From the NCBI GenBank assembly GCA_001244265.2, contig CDLV01000013.1:620001-684000 (forward strand): DNA of 64,000 nt, given 5' to 3'. Origin of the DNA: Microbotryum violaceum. Lineage: Eukaryota. This document shows, in pieces, positions 50,941 through 63,194 of this stretch. Position 1 is the stretch's first letter; each line of letters opens with the position of its first letter. The notes under the pieces are model-generated. The model saw only the letters and a program-made list of their open reading frames with translations, ran no database searches and was not told the DNA's origin. A program made the translations under genes and the position numbers.

Positions 50941-51733
50941 ATGATGGACAACGATGACGATTCCCCATGGATGCAGGATGACGACATAGACTTTCACCAC
51001 CAACCTGGCTCCTCCGCCTCTGCTCCGTCAGCACATGCCAGTCGTCACGAGGATCGCATCGCCCAGCAAGAGTACAACAAGATGGCCGCGAGGTATCATG
51101 ATGTAAGCCAACACCAAATTGGGCACCCAGACTTCACATCCCAGACTGACCCCCCACCGCTCCCGCTCCCTCCCTCCCTCCGCTCATCCTCATCAGGAAG
51201 GTTACCGAGCCGGCATCACCTCGGGCAAAGAATCCAGTCTGCAACAAGGCTTCGACGAAGGCTATTCCATATCCGCCCCCCTCGCCCGTCAACTAGGTCA
51301 TCTCCGCGGCATCGCTACAACCCTCCTCGCCATCCTCACCACGAACTCGGGAGCGAAATATTCTTCCCCCGTCTTGGACCATTTCTCTTCGGCTGAAGAG
51401 AAGGAACGCGTTGTCACCGCACTGAGAGACGTCGTTTCATGCTTGGGCGCGTTGAGTCAGGAGGATGTCGTACCTGTTGATCAAGAGGCGGAGGAACATA
51501 AGAAGGAACATGATGGTGACGCGGGGGAGAATCTCAAGACGATCGAGCGGAATCAGATCAATCAGTTGAATGCGATGATGCAAGGCTTAGGCGCAGGACA
51601 AGAATCAGTACCACGGAGTAAACCGGGTTTGGAGGAGTGCAAGCAGAGACTACAGATAGTCTTGGATGCGTGTGGAATGGGGTCGATACCTTTGCATTTC
51701 AGCGAGGGCTCGGTCGATGGGATGACGCAGTAG
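50941..51733 (+). CDS. YAE1: Yae1-like protein (Fe-S cluster adaptor for Rli1/ABCE1)
   Basis: Spliced ARYHD|EGYRAGITSGKESSLQQGFDEGY...LGHLRG, the deca-GX3 Yae1 N-terminal motif. Confidence 0.8.
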
Positions 51734-51958
51734 ATCTGGCCCGAACAGCAGCAGCAGAGCATCGGGATTGAATGTTGAATAATTCAAACACCACCACATA
51801 GACACAATATGGCGGAGAACGTAAAACCGAAAAAAATGTTACATGTGGGACCAATCGAACAAGGTCGCAACCCGAGGGCGGCCGCGGGGACAGAGGACTG
51901 AACACGGACGAAAACAGGTAAAAGTCCACCCAGAAACAATCCGAAACCCCTAAAAGAC

Positions 51959-54358
51959 TCAAACGACCATGGAATCATCCCCTGCTCGCAAGTCCTGGAT
52001 GACCTCCTCGACCTGATCCATCGATATTCCACTCCCCAAAGCGATCAACTGGCGATACTGCCCCATCTTGGTCCCGGCGCCCAACTTGGCCGTTCGCTCG
52101 GCGTACAACCTAAAGTTCTCCTCGCGACGTTTCTGCAGATCCGCGATCTGCGACTTGAGTTGTGCTTTACGTTGATCGGCATCGGCAGGAGGGTGCTCGA
52201 GTAATTGACGGTACGAGTCGAGATCCTCTTGCGAGTCCTCCACCCCGTTTGAAGACTTGGCTCCCCCATTCAAGCGCAACTCTTCTTCATAAGCCCTTTC
52301 CCTCGCATCCTCATCCCGAACCCACTTCTCCCACCCCAAACGGAATCGATTCCCCATCTTCTTTTGCAACTGCGCGAGCAACTGGTTCTCCTCTTGCGTC
52401 AACGCATCCGCATTCGCGACTTGATCCTGCAAGAGCATGACCTTTTCCCTCGAATCGGCGATTTCGCTCCTTAGACTCGTGACGAGCGAGGTCGCTTGGG
52501 TCGCATTACGCGCTTGGTCCGCGAGTTCGGCATCGAAAGAGTCGGCGAGTTGTTCGAGCATCTTGGCCATCTCCGGAACGCACTTGAGCGACGCTCGTTG
52601 GGCTGTTTCAGAGGTGTGCAGAGTTTGTGGTGCGAATAAGACGGGTCGGGATGCTCCACCCGCTCCTTCGGGACCGTTGGCTTGTCCACTTGGTAAACCA
52701 ACGTGATTTCTACCATGTGCATCGGCAGCCTCGGTTTCGCGGTACTTTTCGTCCTCGAGGATGTAATCTTCGGCCGTCTTGCCGTCAAAGTTGGGCAATT
52801 TCGGATCGGCGTGGTGGTCGAGCAGCAGCTTGACCAATCGCTTCGACCTCGCCCGGGCCGCGAGGGTAAGAGGGGTCTCGCCTTCCTCATCACGGAAATT
52901 GAGGATGTCGGCGACTTGATCGGGGTAGTCGGCGAGACGATTCAACACCGTCTCGAGGTAGTACCGTGCGGCGTGGGTCTTACCCTTGCCGAGGGCGATG
53001 TCGACGATGTAGTGGAATACGCTACGGTTGTTGCGGTCGATGTTGACGGTCGAACGATGTAGCAGTTCAAACAACTCAGGAAACTTGCGCAGGTCATAGT
53101 TGTTGGTGAACATGACCGAGCGCATCAGAGCGGTCTGACCTATTGCGTTCGCACGGAAAATATCGGCCCCGGCGGAGAGCAGCAGTTTGACGATACGAAT
53201 GCGACCCATCGCGCATGCCCAGTGCAGGGCCGTGTGACCATCATCATCGATGACGACGTTGGCGTCGAAGTCCGCGGGCGGGTGCAGCAAGAATGCGGGC
53301 ACCTGCGTCGATTCGGAGACGAAATAATCGAGGATAGCCCGAGCGTATCGGAGCGCGCCAAGCCCTTGCTGCTCTCGCAATTGGCTCGCGTTCGAGCTAC
53401 GTGCGGACCCGTTCGCTTGCTTGCGCTTTTTGATCGGAGGGCCTCCCGCCGCGCCTTCGGTCCATTCGCCGTCCATTTCAGATCCGAGTGGGCTAGGGGT
53501 CTCGCTCGTGACGCTGCCGTTCTCACTGGGCGTCGGACTTCGGCTACCTTCGGTTCCTCCCGCCCTTCGGTCAGCGATGCCATCGTCGCCGAGGTCCGAG
53601 ACATCATCGTCCATCGGGATATCGTCGTCTTCCTCTTCCTCCTCTTCCTCGGCCAGAGCGGCAGCAGCGCGTCGAGCCGCGGCTGCGGTTGGTTTGCGAG
53701 GCGCGGCCTTTTTCTTCGGCAACGCTCCATCAGCCGCTGCGGCCTTGACGGCTCGGGGCCCTCGGGTCGGCAGCGCGGTGATGTGCTTGGGTGCGAGAGG
53801 GGGCGAGTTGATCGTCGGTTGGAAGTCGAACATGGGTTGCAAGAGGTGGTCGACGCCGTACTGCTTGGCGAGCGCAATTCCCTTTTCCATCGGGATCCAG
53901 GTGCCTGTAGGAGTTTATGGAAAAAGTCCGCATCAGCAGGGGTTTTTCAATTATATGTATTATTTTAATCTGTTCCCCCAAGACGGACCTTGGTATTTTC
54001 CATACCCCCCCTGCACCTTCTCATGAACATCCTTCTGCACCTCGCGTTCGAGCACACGCGTCCGTTGCGGCTTGTCGAACCCAGCGACCTTGAGAATCTG
54101 CGTCGCGTTGAGCCATGCATCCGACTTTCTTCGCATCACAGCCACGCCATGGCAGGGGAACTGGAACGAATTTGAAGCGACACGAACAAGAGGGAGGCGC
54201 GTATCGCGCAGAGTACGGAGGCGTTGTCAGATGCGTTCGGTAGATGGACGAGTAGAAGTGAGCAGACTGGGACTCACCTCGTATACGGGAACACTCGAAT
54301 AAGTCGCCTTGTAGATCTGGACAGCACCCGAAGGAACGGATGCGGGTGCCTTGGGCAT
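51959..54358 (-). CDS. MBP1: MBF/SBF-type G1/S transcription factor (APSES/KilA-N plus ankyrin repeats), Mbp1/Res-like
   Basis: [13 protein letters not shown]|...[21 protein letters not shown]...[17 protein letters not shown]; ankyrin [15 protein letters not shown] and [14 protein letters not shown]-terminal coiled coil. Confidence 0.85.
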
Positions 54359-54421
54359 CGTGGCTGGGGTCGCGGGCGAGCGCTAGATGTGGGTGCGAAG
54401 CGGCGGCCGAGGTCTTATCGC

Positions 54422-54734
54422 ACGCGTTGATGATACGTGACTTGTACCTAAAAGTTGGGCAAAGTACCGTTGATTGGATCCAATTCGAGTTGACGAGAAA
54501 GGTCGGGGCTGTACACGACAAGTCGCGTGCACACGTCGCCACGCGTATATGAAAACCGCGTCGATGGCGCGCGTCCAAGGGGGAATAGAAAGTTGTGTAC
54601 GCGATCAACTACGTGAATGATGGATCGCAGGTACCTGAAATTATGGACCACATACCTGGGATGTCGTTTAAGCGTGGCTTGAGGGAGAAACGCGTTCCGA
54701 AGGGGGGGCTTGGGTGCTCAAGAACGCGACGCGT
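54422..54734. promoter_or_regulatory. Cluster of MluI cell-cycle boxes (ACGCGT x4) upstream of the MBF-subunit gene
   Basis: Exact ACGCGT at 54422, 54541, 54690 and 54729, plus several CGCG near-matches. Confidence 0.6.
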
Positions 54735-55084
54735 CAAAGTCTGGGCCGGTAGGGGAGGAAGGCTGGGCGCAGCGGTCGACCGGTGGAGATATACTTGAAA
54801 CTCTGGGCAAACGCAGCAACCAAGTCGAAGCAGAGCAGAGCCTTCTTCGATCAAGGTGGCAGATGGGGGCGGCTATCGTGAGACGGTTGCGATGATGCCG
54901 TACGACGAGGCGTGGGGTGTGCCGCGTGCTGAAGGAGTGGCAGCCGCGTCCTGTGGCGACGTGTAGTTTAGCTCACGATGCACGCGCCGGAGCGCGCCGG
55001 CTGAGCCACAAGCGGCCGTAGGTCGGCGGCCACCGGTCAGCTGTGGCGTCGTGTCTCCGGACACCTCAAGAGCCCACCCCGAGC

Positions 55085-58000
55085 CGGACAGGACCGGGTA
55101 TTACAGGTGATGTAGGTCCTTTATGGGCGTCTCTGCTGGTTCTATAATGCTCTACTAGACTCGAAAAGTATGTGTACGCCAAGGGAAGACGATACATGCA
55201 GTTGGCGGGACCTTCTCATAGTTTTCGGGGCGTATCGCACATTCATAAAGTCAAGACCGCAGGCGGCTGGACATGGCGTGGTACCCGAGTCATCGCCCCA
55301 AGGAATCATTCATCAAAGCGATCATTGAGCTCCAAAATCTACCCCGAACAGCTTACGCTCCGCCTAATGGGGCGTGCCTCGGAACAAGTACGCCACCGGC
55401 ACAGCGGGATGAATGCTTGTGCGATAATGCAAGGTTGCCGCATAAGCTCGCGCAGCATCGGGGTCGGAGACATTGGCCGGTGGCGGACGATGACCATGGT
55501 AGCCGACATGCCACACGTTTCGAAACTTAGATCTGTCGAAGCTGCAGCGTGAGGTGATCATGAGCTAAGGATATGTGGGGCTGTTGGGGCCGTGAAGACG
55601 GTAAAACTCACTTAGGATCCCAAGCTCTGCTGCAGTGAGATCCGAATCGTCCAGTTGCGCCATGAGAGTGTACGCTTCGCATGTTTTGTGCATCAACGGC
55701 GCGTGGCATATGTCACATTCTCGCCGAACTGAGTGCGCCGTACACGTTGAATGCGTGTGTCGCTTGGGTCCGTCCTGAGCCGAAACGGTGTTGGAACGCG
55801 ATCCGACTGACAACGTCCCCATGGGTCGGCCGATACCAAAGCAGCCCGAATTTGCGCACACATACACTCCCAAGCATTTCGATTTGATGGCTTTGACTTT
55901 TTTTGAAAGGTGAGGGTACTTGATGTGGTGAGGACGTTTGCGGTATCTCGACCCAGACTGCTTGCTGTAAGAGAAGATGGGCTGAATGATCGGGCTGGTA
56001 TTCAACCGATGGCGCTCGACGCGAATTGGGATCGTCCATGTTCCATTGGGGACGTAGACGTTCCGAATTTCTTCTGGCTTCAATCCCGAGAAAAATGAAT
56101 CGAGGAGGGGGGGCCCTGAAGCATCAAGGCGCAGGCAGAAGGGTAGGGTCGCGGGGTTGTCCGCGTGATCTTGCGCCTTAGCCGCGTGCGGTGCCGGGTC
56201 GTTGGCTCCAACGACAGGGGTCGACTTTGGGCAGCTGCCTGGTTCCAACACGTCGGTTTGAGGAGGGCAAGTCGTGGTGATCAACGCGCCTCGCCGCTTA
56301 GGGTCGGTTGCAGATGCCCGCAGGACAACAGGGTCTCGGCTGTGACAGATTGGTGGAGGATCGACGGTGATGGACAACAAGGCGCCGAGCACCTCTCTCC
56401 GTTGAGCTTCGGTGGAGAACATCTGTCTCACATGAGACCAAAGTGTGTCAATATGATACTGGCGAAAAGTGCCGCCAGAAGAGAACCAACGCGGGGGTAG
56501 GAATGTACCTGTATCCAGAGTTGTGGAGGATCCGAAGCTGCTGCGCCTTTGGCCAGTCGAATGAATTGGGCAGAACTCAGGAGCGTTGTGTCGGCAGGGC
56601 TAGCAGACTCTAGTTCACTGAAAACATCCGTTTCGAAAATGATGTTTTGTGATCCAGATAAAGAGAACGTGCCACGGGAGTAGCGCCCGCAGGCATCATC
56701 AGCTATGGGTACCCAGTTGAGGGTCGAATTAGTGTCAAAGTTTCTGCCGAGTCGGAAATGGCGCGGCAGTTGACTGACGTGGGGATGTGCCCTTCCAAAG
56801 ACACATATTGCGGGAGCCGGTGAACACGTCTCGAAGCGAAAGAAACAAGTCGCCGTTGTAGTCGTAAGCGGTCACACCACATGTGGTGGGCTGGAATTGG
56901 CTTGGCGATGGCCAGATAGTGGAACCTCACAGCGATGCACTGTGACAGACGGGCCAATACGTAAGCATGAGATACCACTTCCGCCCTCTGTGAATGAAAG
57001 TATTGTAACGTACCCATCACAATAGACCTGAGGACGCGTGGAGACAAGCGCTCGGTCACGGATGATATCACATCGTTGAAGTTCAGGTCAACTTTGCCGA
57101 GGGCGATTTCTGATGGGAGAGCGGAAGACTGAGCGAGCTGGTATCGCAGTTGCGCATTGAAGGCGCGGTGACCTTCCATATTCGGGGAACTGGTTTTGTA
57201 ACCCAAGAGGCCATAAGAATCGTGTGTGCTCGATCCTTCCGAGGAACAGATCGATGACGCGACGCTGAATCGATGAGACGAAGGCGAGTGGCGAACTCGT
57301 GCGGTTCGTTCGGGTTCCACCTCGGACATTCTGCTCTCCGTTCGAGCGTGAGCATGATCAAACGCGTCGTCTCGTACCTCAACGCTGATGGACCCTGGCC
57401 AACCATCAGGAGAACTTGCAACGGTACCGCGATCGATCGTCGCGCCGAACGTTCGCGGCTCGGGAAACACAGGCGCTTCCAAAGACTTGGGATTATCTTC
57501 TTGAAATAAAGTCATCGACGACGCCGACCGTAACTAGAGCGCCCAAATGATCGATTTGAGTGGAATGGGCCATCAGACAAGTTCATAAATGCCCCTAACG
57601 ATGGATTATGGACAGGTAGCCGCCACCATGGACTCATCGTCTGCTTACCAAGCTGTAGTCTACTACTCGTGGGCGAGTGTGTGGCTCATGCAGCCTCTTG
57701 TCCGATCCCGGGGATAAATCCACTTCATTGATAGACTAGCAACAACATCAACGTTAGACTTTCAAGTAAAAACATGGTCTGGCGACTGAAGCAGTACGCA
57801 CACTTTGCAGTCTGACCGGCGAGCGTGAATGGGTCGCGTCAACGGAGATGTCGGACAAGCCTTGCTGGGATGACCCCGGGGGCTCAAGATCCTCATATTC
57901 ATCGTCGAGATTCGATTTCCAATAAATTATCGAGTTCGTTTCAAGCATGTGTGTTTGCGCCGAGGGAGAAGTAGCTGAGAACGCCGGCGGCGACGGAGCG

Positions 58001-58795
58001 GCACGGGGCAGGTGGTCGAGGACTTGGAGACGCGTCCGACGCGATTGAAGTCTTGCTTCTCGTTCGGAAATCGGAGGTGGGGCATGAGCCTTTGGGTTCC
58101 GCTTGTTTCGTTTTCCACGGGCCATCGGTGGTGGCTGGTGGCCTGTGTGGTCGACTCGAAGGAAAGCACCGCCGGTCGCGGGCCCGCAGATGGACGCGTG
58201 CAGCACTGACGTACTGACAGGGAAAGTGAGCCCTAATTTGTCAGGCCGAGATTGAGTCCCCTGAGTCGAGTCGCGGCGGTTGAGTTGTCCGTCACGGAAA
58301 AGGACCAGTTTGCAAGATTAAGAGCGCTTGATGCGGAGGCTTGGTACCATCTTGACGCCTTGATTATTTTCTACACCTGAAGACAGCTCGGCCTCCGTTC
58401 TCGTTGCGCGGTGCTCAGTGGTTCGGCCCCGGCCGACTTGTATCTGCTTCATCTGCTCAAAGAGATTGGGCAGACGCACCATTGGGCCGAACTCGTGACT
58501 GCGGGAGTGCATGCAAGGCGCTGTATCAGTGATGAATGCGATCCAAACTTTTGGGGCGTACTTAGGCCGAGGCAAGTCCGCCCCATCAGGCGGAGCGTAA
58601 GCTGTTTGGGGCGTACTCTCCGCCAATGAATGTGCGGTACGCCCTGCAAAAAATGAAATTGCTACAGCTTCCGCTAATCTGCATGTATCGTCTTCCCTTT
58701 CCGTATGCATGCTTTGTGAGTGTAATAGAGCATGATAGAGCCAGCAGAGACGCCCATAAAGGGCCTACATCTCCTGTAATACCCTGTCCTGTCCG
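55085..58795 (-). mobile_element. DNA transposon with long imperfect terminal inverted repeats, probably a Mutator-like element of the GCM-domain type, non-autonomous
   Basis: The first 70 bp of each end are 65/70 identical as inverted repeats. Similarity spans 55085-55246 / 58626-58795 and 55342-55394 / 58555-58611. Internal minus-strand ORFs carry a GCM-like Cys/His motif. No clean TSD. Confidence 0.75.
55527..58125 (-). pseudogene. Truncated transposon gene with basic N-terminus and C-terminal GCM-like zinc DNA-binding domain; exon structure uncertain
   Basis: ORF pieces 57754-58125 (MARGKRNKRNPK), 56703-57515 and 55565-56431 (KCLGVYVCANSGC...RP...ECDICHAPLMHKTC). After a predicted intron comes THDH (55554-55562), then a stop. 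No DDE core visible. Confidence 0.55.
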
Positions 58796-59129
58796 CCCCG
58801 GGACGTAGTTTCGACCGCACCCCTGTGTCTCACCGAGTCCGACGTCCAGCCTCGAAATTGCGGCACCCTAGTATGAGGTCTCGATCGCGATATCACAAGC
58901 AATAGGCACGACTTGTCTGGCACCATGCGCCACATTGTGACGACGACTTGCTCATTCCAGGCTCTGGCGAGATAGATTGATCACGACACGTGTATGCTAT
59001 CGAGTTTTCAACAGCACCCCTTGTGTGCTTAGTTCGACCCTCCACTTCTAGGACGATCGGGCAAGGTAGGATTCTAATGTCCCTGGTTGGGACCATGCTT
59101 TTTCTTCTTGTGCGTCTTGTGAACAGACG

Positions 59130-59902
59130 TACTTTGAGTCGAATTTTTGCAAACTGTGAGGGGATGTAATCACAGGAGGGTGAACAATCGAAATTACGAT
59201 CCCGCCGACGGTCCACACTGTCACGTGAGTCACGAGCCCCTGAGTGTGGGCCCCCCCTCGGGTCTGCTACAGCGGGACGCCGAGGCGCTCGCGCGGCCAG
59301 TACGACAAAGGGATACATGGAGAGTTTGAAGAGGTAAAGGTAAATCTCGACCTACCATAGGGCCGATCGTTGCCATCGATCTTTGCTTTCCTACATTTGC
59401 TGCAGAGTTGTCTTTTAATGGAGGGGATATCCTTCGCGCATCCTAGGTAACGGCGGTTAACAGGAGAATCATTGTGCAAGAGGAGAGCGTGGGCCGTCAG
59501 CTCCGCTTTCGGCATCGTTGCAGGGGGGGAGCTGACCCGGTGTTGCACTTAGACAATCGACCAAGCGATCGGTGAACATGGTGTCCTCGCAGATGCACCT
59601 GATCTTGTCCCACCCAGTACACTGGTTGAAAGGAATGAAGGATGTGAGACTCAGTAAATATGGCCAATGGGCATGAGGCCATTCACAATTCACATGACCC
59701 CTGGGCAATTATAGGATAGGAGGGCTAGAGTGTGACGAGGCGCGCGTGACGCCACCGCGACTTGTCGATCAGTATCACTCACATCCGTCGATTCGAAGAC
59801 AGCCATCCCACAATCCTTTTGACAATGGGACATCCGCGGAACGGTGGACGCTGCCGACTTCATGGCTAGAGCAGCGAGGATGAGGAAATTGTAGCCAACC
59901 AT
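59130..59902 (-). CDS. Small secreted cysteine-rich protein with a CFEM-like domain; 3' end approximate
   Basis: Signal peptide MVGYNFLILAALAMKSAAS. Spliced SHCQKDCGMAVFESTD|CTGWDKIRCICEDTMFTDRLVDCLSATPG|CAKDIPSIKRQLCSKC gives the C-x3-C-x9-C-x3-D-x3-CxC-x11-C spacing of CFEM. Confidence 0.6.
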
Positions 59903-60606
59903 GGTGATCTGAGGTTGCGGAAAGCCGAACGAGAAAGAGGAAGGGGAAGAGTGAAAGAAAGGAAGGAAAGGAAAGAAGATGGGCTGGCTTCGGCTTATCA
60001 AGACACGGTCGAAGACGGTCATCTCTGGTTGTACCGGCCGTTAGTTCTCGGCCGAGCCGTTGCTTGAAGACATCCCGATGAAGAAAGGTTTGGCGGAAAT
60101 CTCAAGGGGACGTTTCTCACTCGACCATTGGAAGCCCTCCTAAAAAATCACAGGCTACCGTCTACTTACCTTAAGAGGTGCTCTGAGAACGACCGCCAAA
60201 AATGGCGAAAGCGCTTTCGCTGCAAGACCAAACTACACCTGATAGACCTACATTCCGACAACCTATGGCGCAGCTTCTCCCAAAACCCTGACGACATCCC
60301 GACCGTTGAACATCCCATCCCAAGCTTTCCTACATTTTGTGTACCGTCATTCCGAGCGCTTAGTAGTTCGGCTGGATCTGGCACGCTAAAGAGAGATAGA
60401 GGGAGGAAATCCTACTGTATAGATTTCAGCGAGTCATCTAACTTTGCTCAAAGTTGTAGTGAAAGTGATGATCAGCCTCGCCTGTCCCCAGTTGCGTCGC
60501 GCTGTGGCGTGCTAGGAACGGGCCCCTGAGTGTGCGCCTTGGTCTGTGCCCCTGAATTACGCACTACGAAGGCGTAGAGACAGAGGTAGGAGGCCTACAC
60601 TCGCAA

Positions 60607-62696
60607 TTACCACATGAACCTAGCCACATCTACAACCCCTTCATTCGTGATCCGCGTCCAGGGTCGCTGAACGAAGACCCACATCGTGACTGCGTTCACG
60701 AGCCCGTAAAGCAAGCCCTCCATCCACACCGCTTTCTGTGTTTGAGGGCGTATATGGAGTCGTATGAGGACGTAAGGGATGAGGAAGTAGCGAGGTTCGA
60801 TGAGTGGACTTGGGATGATGACGAGCAGGGTCGTGAGGGCCAGTCCTAGGGCCTCGAGAAGCCGGAATGAACTCGCTTCGACTGGAGATGATAGTGCAGT
60901 CAAGCCGAATGTCAGCCTTCACTTCAACTCAGAATTGGATATGTGGTACTAACTGAGTACATCAAGGAACAATCGCCCTGCGAATAAGTACACTGGCGCA
61001 AGCAGATACCGTGCGGCTGGGAATCGATTGACGATCCGGCGTAGCACGTAGAAGGTGTAGTGCCGGTTATCAGCCAACAGGAAACGATGTAGGATGCTGC
61101 AGAGCGGAGCAGATCGGAGCAGATCGGAGCAGAACATTGTTTCAGCTTTGTGTCCACCAGGAAAGCTACGCATCTGTAGCACGTACGTGTGGTATCTGAT
61201 GCAGTACAACGCGGCACCCGTCGCCAGCGTACTTGTCACAATTCGTCTGTTCGAGCAGAACGCGAGGAATACTATTGAACCGCCGCATACTGATGCCGAT
61301 CATACTCCGATGGCAGCCCAAATTTCATACAACGTCAGAACTTACCTTGGGCTACCAAGTAGATTCCTCAGACTTCTCGAGACGTTGCTCGGTGTGAGGG
61401 TATAAGGTGCCAAGAAGCTAGTGAAGGCGAAGAAGTAGAGGGGTTGGACGAGATGGAGTGTAGGCACGTGGTTCGCCTTATCTCCTGTTGATGGTCGTGA
61501 AAATTGAGACTGTTTTTCACTGAAACCGTGGTCATGAGACGCCTATAGACTCACCGAGGACAACACCTCCGTTCCACTTGATGTACGCCGCCGCGCCCAA
61601 GAAGACGGGCAGGTACGACAAGATGATCGGCAGGAGCTGTGGAACGAACCGCAGGCCGTGATCCACCAATGATATAGCTGCAGAGGGAACATCAGCTGTT
61701 ACGAAGTACGAGTCCTCGTCTTGCTGCATCAGCGGCCGGGCCTTATTCTTTCCGATGTTTAGGAGGGATGAAACTTACCAAGGTTGGTGTTCGCCAACAG
61801 TGGGTTCTTGAGTGGTCTCTTGGCTTCTTGGCGCGAGAGAACACGGATGATTGAGGAAGCAGAGACGAAAGCAATCCACAAGATATTGGTTTGGCGAAAC
61901 GTGAGGGAGGCCGCTCCGACCTGTTAGATTTTGAAGAACGCGACCGGTCAGGCAAACGAAGACCTCCGAGAGATCCTCATCAACAGAATCCACTGACCAG
62001 GGCTGACTTGAGCCATTTCCCTTCAAGCGCAAACGACTGAGACAATAGCACGAGGACGAGAGACCCCGTCTCGGTATAATAGAGGTACCCGAAGAACCAA
62101 GCGATCGGGAATGTGGCTATGAAGATTGCTTCTGAGCTGAGGCTTAGACCGCGTAGTTTTGTTGTCTTGACAGCCTTTTCATGTCCTTTGATCTTTTGTG
62201 GCGTCGGTGTATTTTCTTGAAGTGTTTCAAGGAGTCCGGATACTACGTAGGGTAGATAGCTGAGGAAGAGAAAATTGACCGCACGTAGGCCGGCGGTCGA
62301 GCAGAGGTATGGCCGCAGCGGAGCGATGAGGTAGGCTGGAATGGCCGATATGAGGTATCTTGAGCATGCGTTGAAGAGCCAAAAGTCAGCAAGTTTGAAC
62401 ATCTCCCCTTTGAGCGAACACCGTGGCCAGTCCTCCGTGGCTCAACCCCCACATACCCCCTTTCAAAATAGAACACACTCCAGTGAAACAGAGGTTACTC
62501 ACAACCCGGGCGGAGTCGTCAACGCCGGATCCCAGAAACCAAAATCTCCTCTGCAATATGCCCGAGCTTGAGGTATATGGATCATTTCGTCCATGTACGG
62601 CGTGGGACCGACGTTCTTGAGCACCGTGTAGAAGGTGAGGAGGTTGATTGCATGGTAAGCTGCTGTGAGAGCTCCGTTCGTCTTGCGAGACAACAT
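60607..62696 (-). CDS. ALG10: Dol-P-Glc:Glc2Man9GlcNAc2-PP-Dol alpha-1,2-glucosyltransferase Alg10/Die2
   Basis: [16 protein letters not shown]...[65 protein letters not shown], terminal RFMW*. Confidence 0.95.
61105..61134. repeat. (CGGAGCAGAT)x3 short tandem repeat in an ALG10 intron
   Basis: Direct reading; the third copy has one mismatch. Confidence 0.8.
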
Positions 62697-63194
62697 GGAT
62701 CTAGAAGTACACGGATGACGCTGGTCAGGTGGTTCTGCACCTTGGGACGCGATCGGACGTGAGCTCGGGGTGGGGAAGGGAGAAGAGGCTGAGAGTCACA
62801 CCGCGGAAGACACGAGTCTCCGGCCTGAATGGGTCGCTCACAATTTTTCGAAATCGTCCCCCAGCTCTTCCATCAACAAGCAACGCAGCCCAACACCAGC
62901 AACGCAGCTCAACAGAATCGGCAATTCACAGACTTACGTGGACCAGACACAGATGACAGATTGATTTGCAAAAGGCAAAGGGTAGGTGAGCTACAGGATG
63001 GCCAAAATTGGCACGAGGGCCACAACGTGCTCGGGGAAGATCACGCTGTTTATATATAGTATACGAAAAAACCGAAGCAGCGGGTGCGAAGAACAGAGAA
63101 TGATTGGAAGAGAAGAAAGGGGAAGGAGGAGGCCTATCACAGACAAAGTAAACGTAAAACAAAGTGTCTTTTGGCCGCACGCGTCGATCCTGCA

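Noticed and set aside
55077-55084. CCCCGAGC / CCCCGGGA (58796-58803) as an 8-bp TSD of the TIR element
   Set aside because: Only 6/8 identical and partly readable as TIR extension, so not accepted without an empty-site allele.
60163-60180. TACTTACCTTAAGA resembling the U1 snRNA 5' end
   Set aside because: No U1-70K loop (GATCA..AAG) or Sm site follows; it reads equally well as a minus-strand splice donor.
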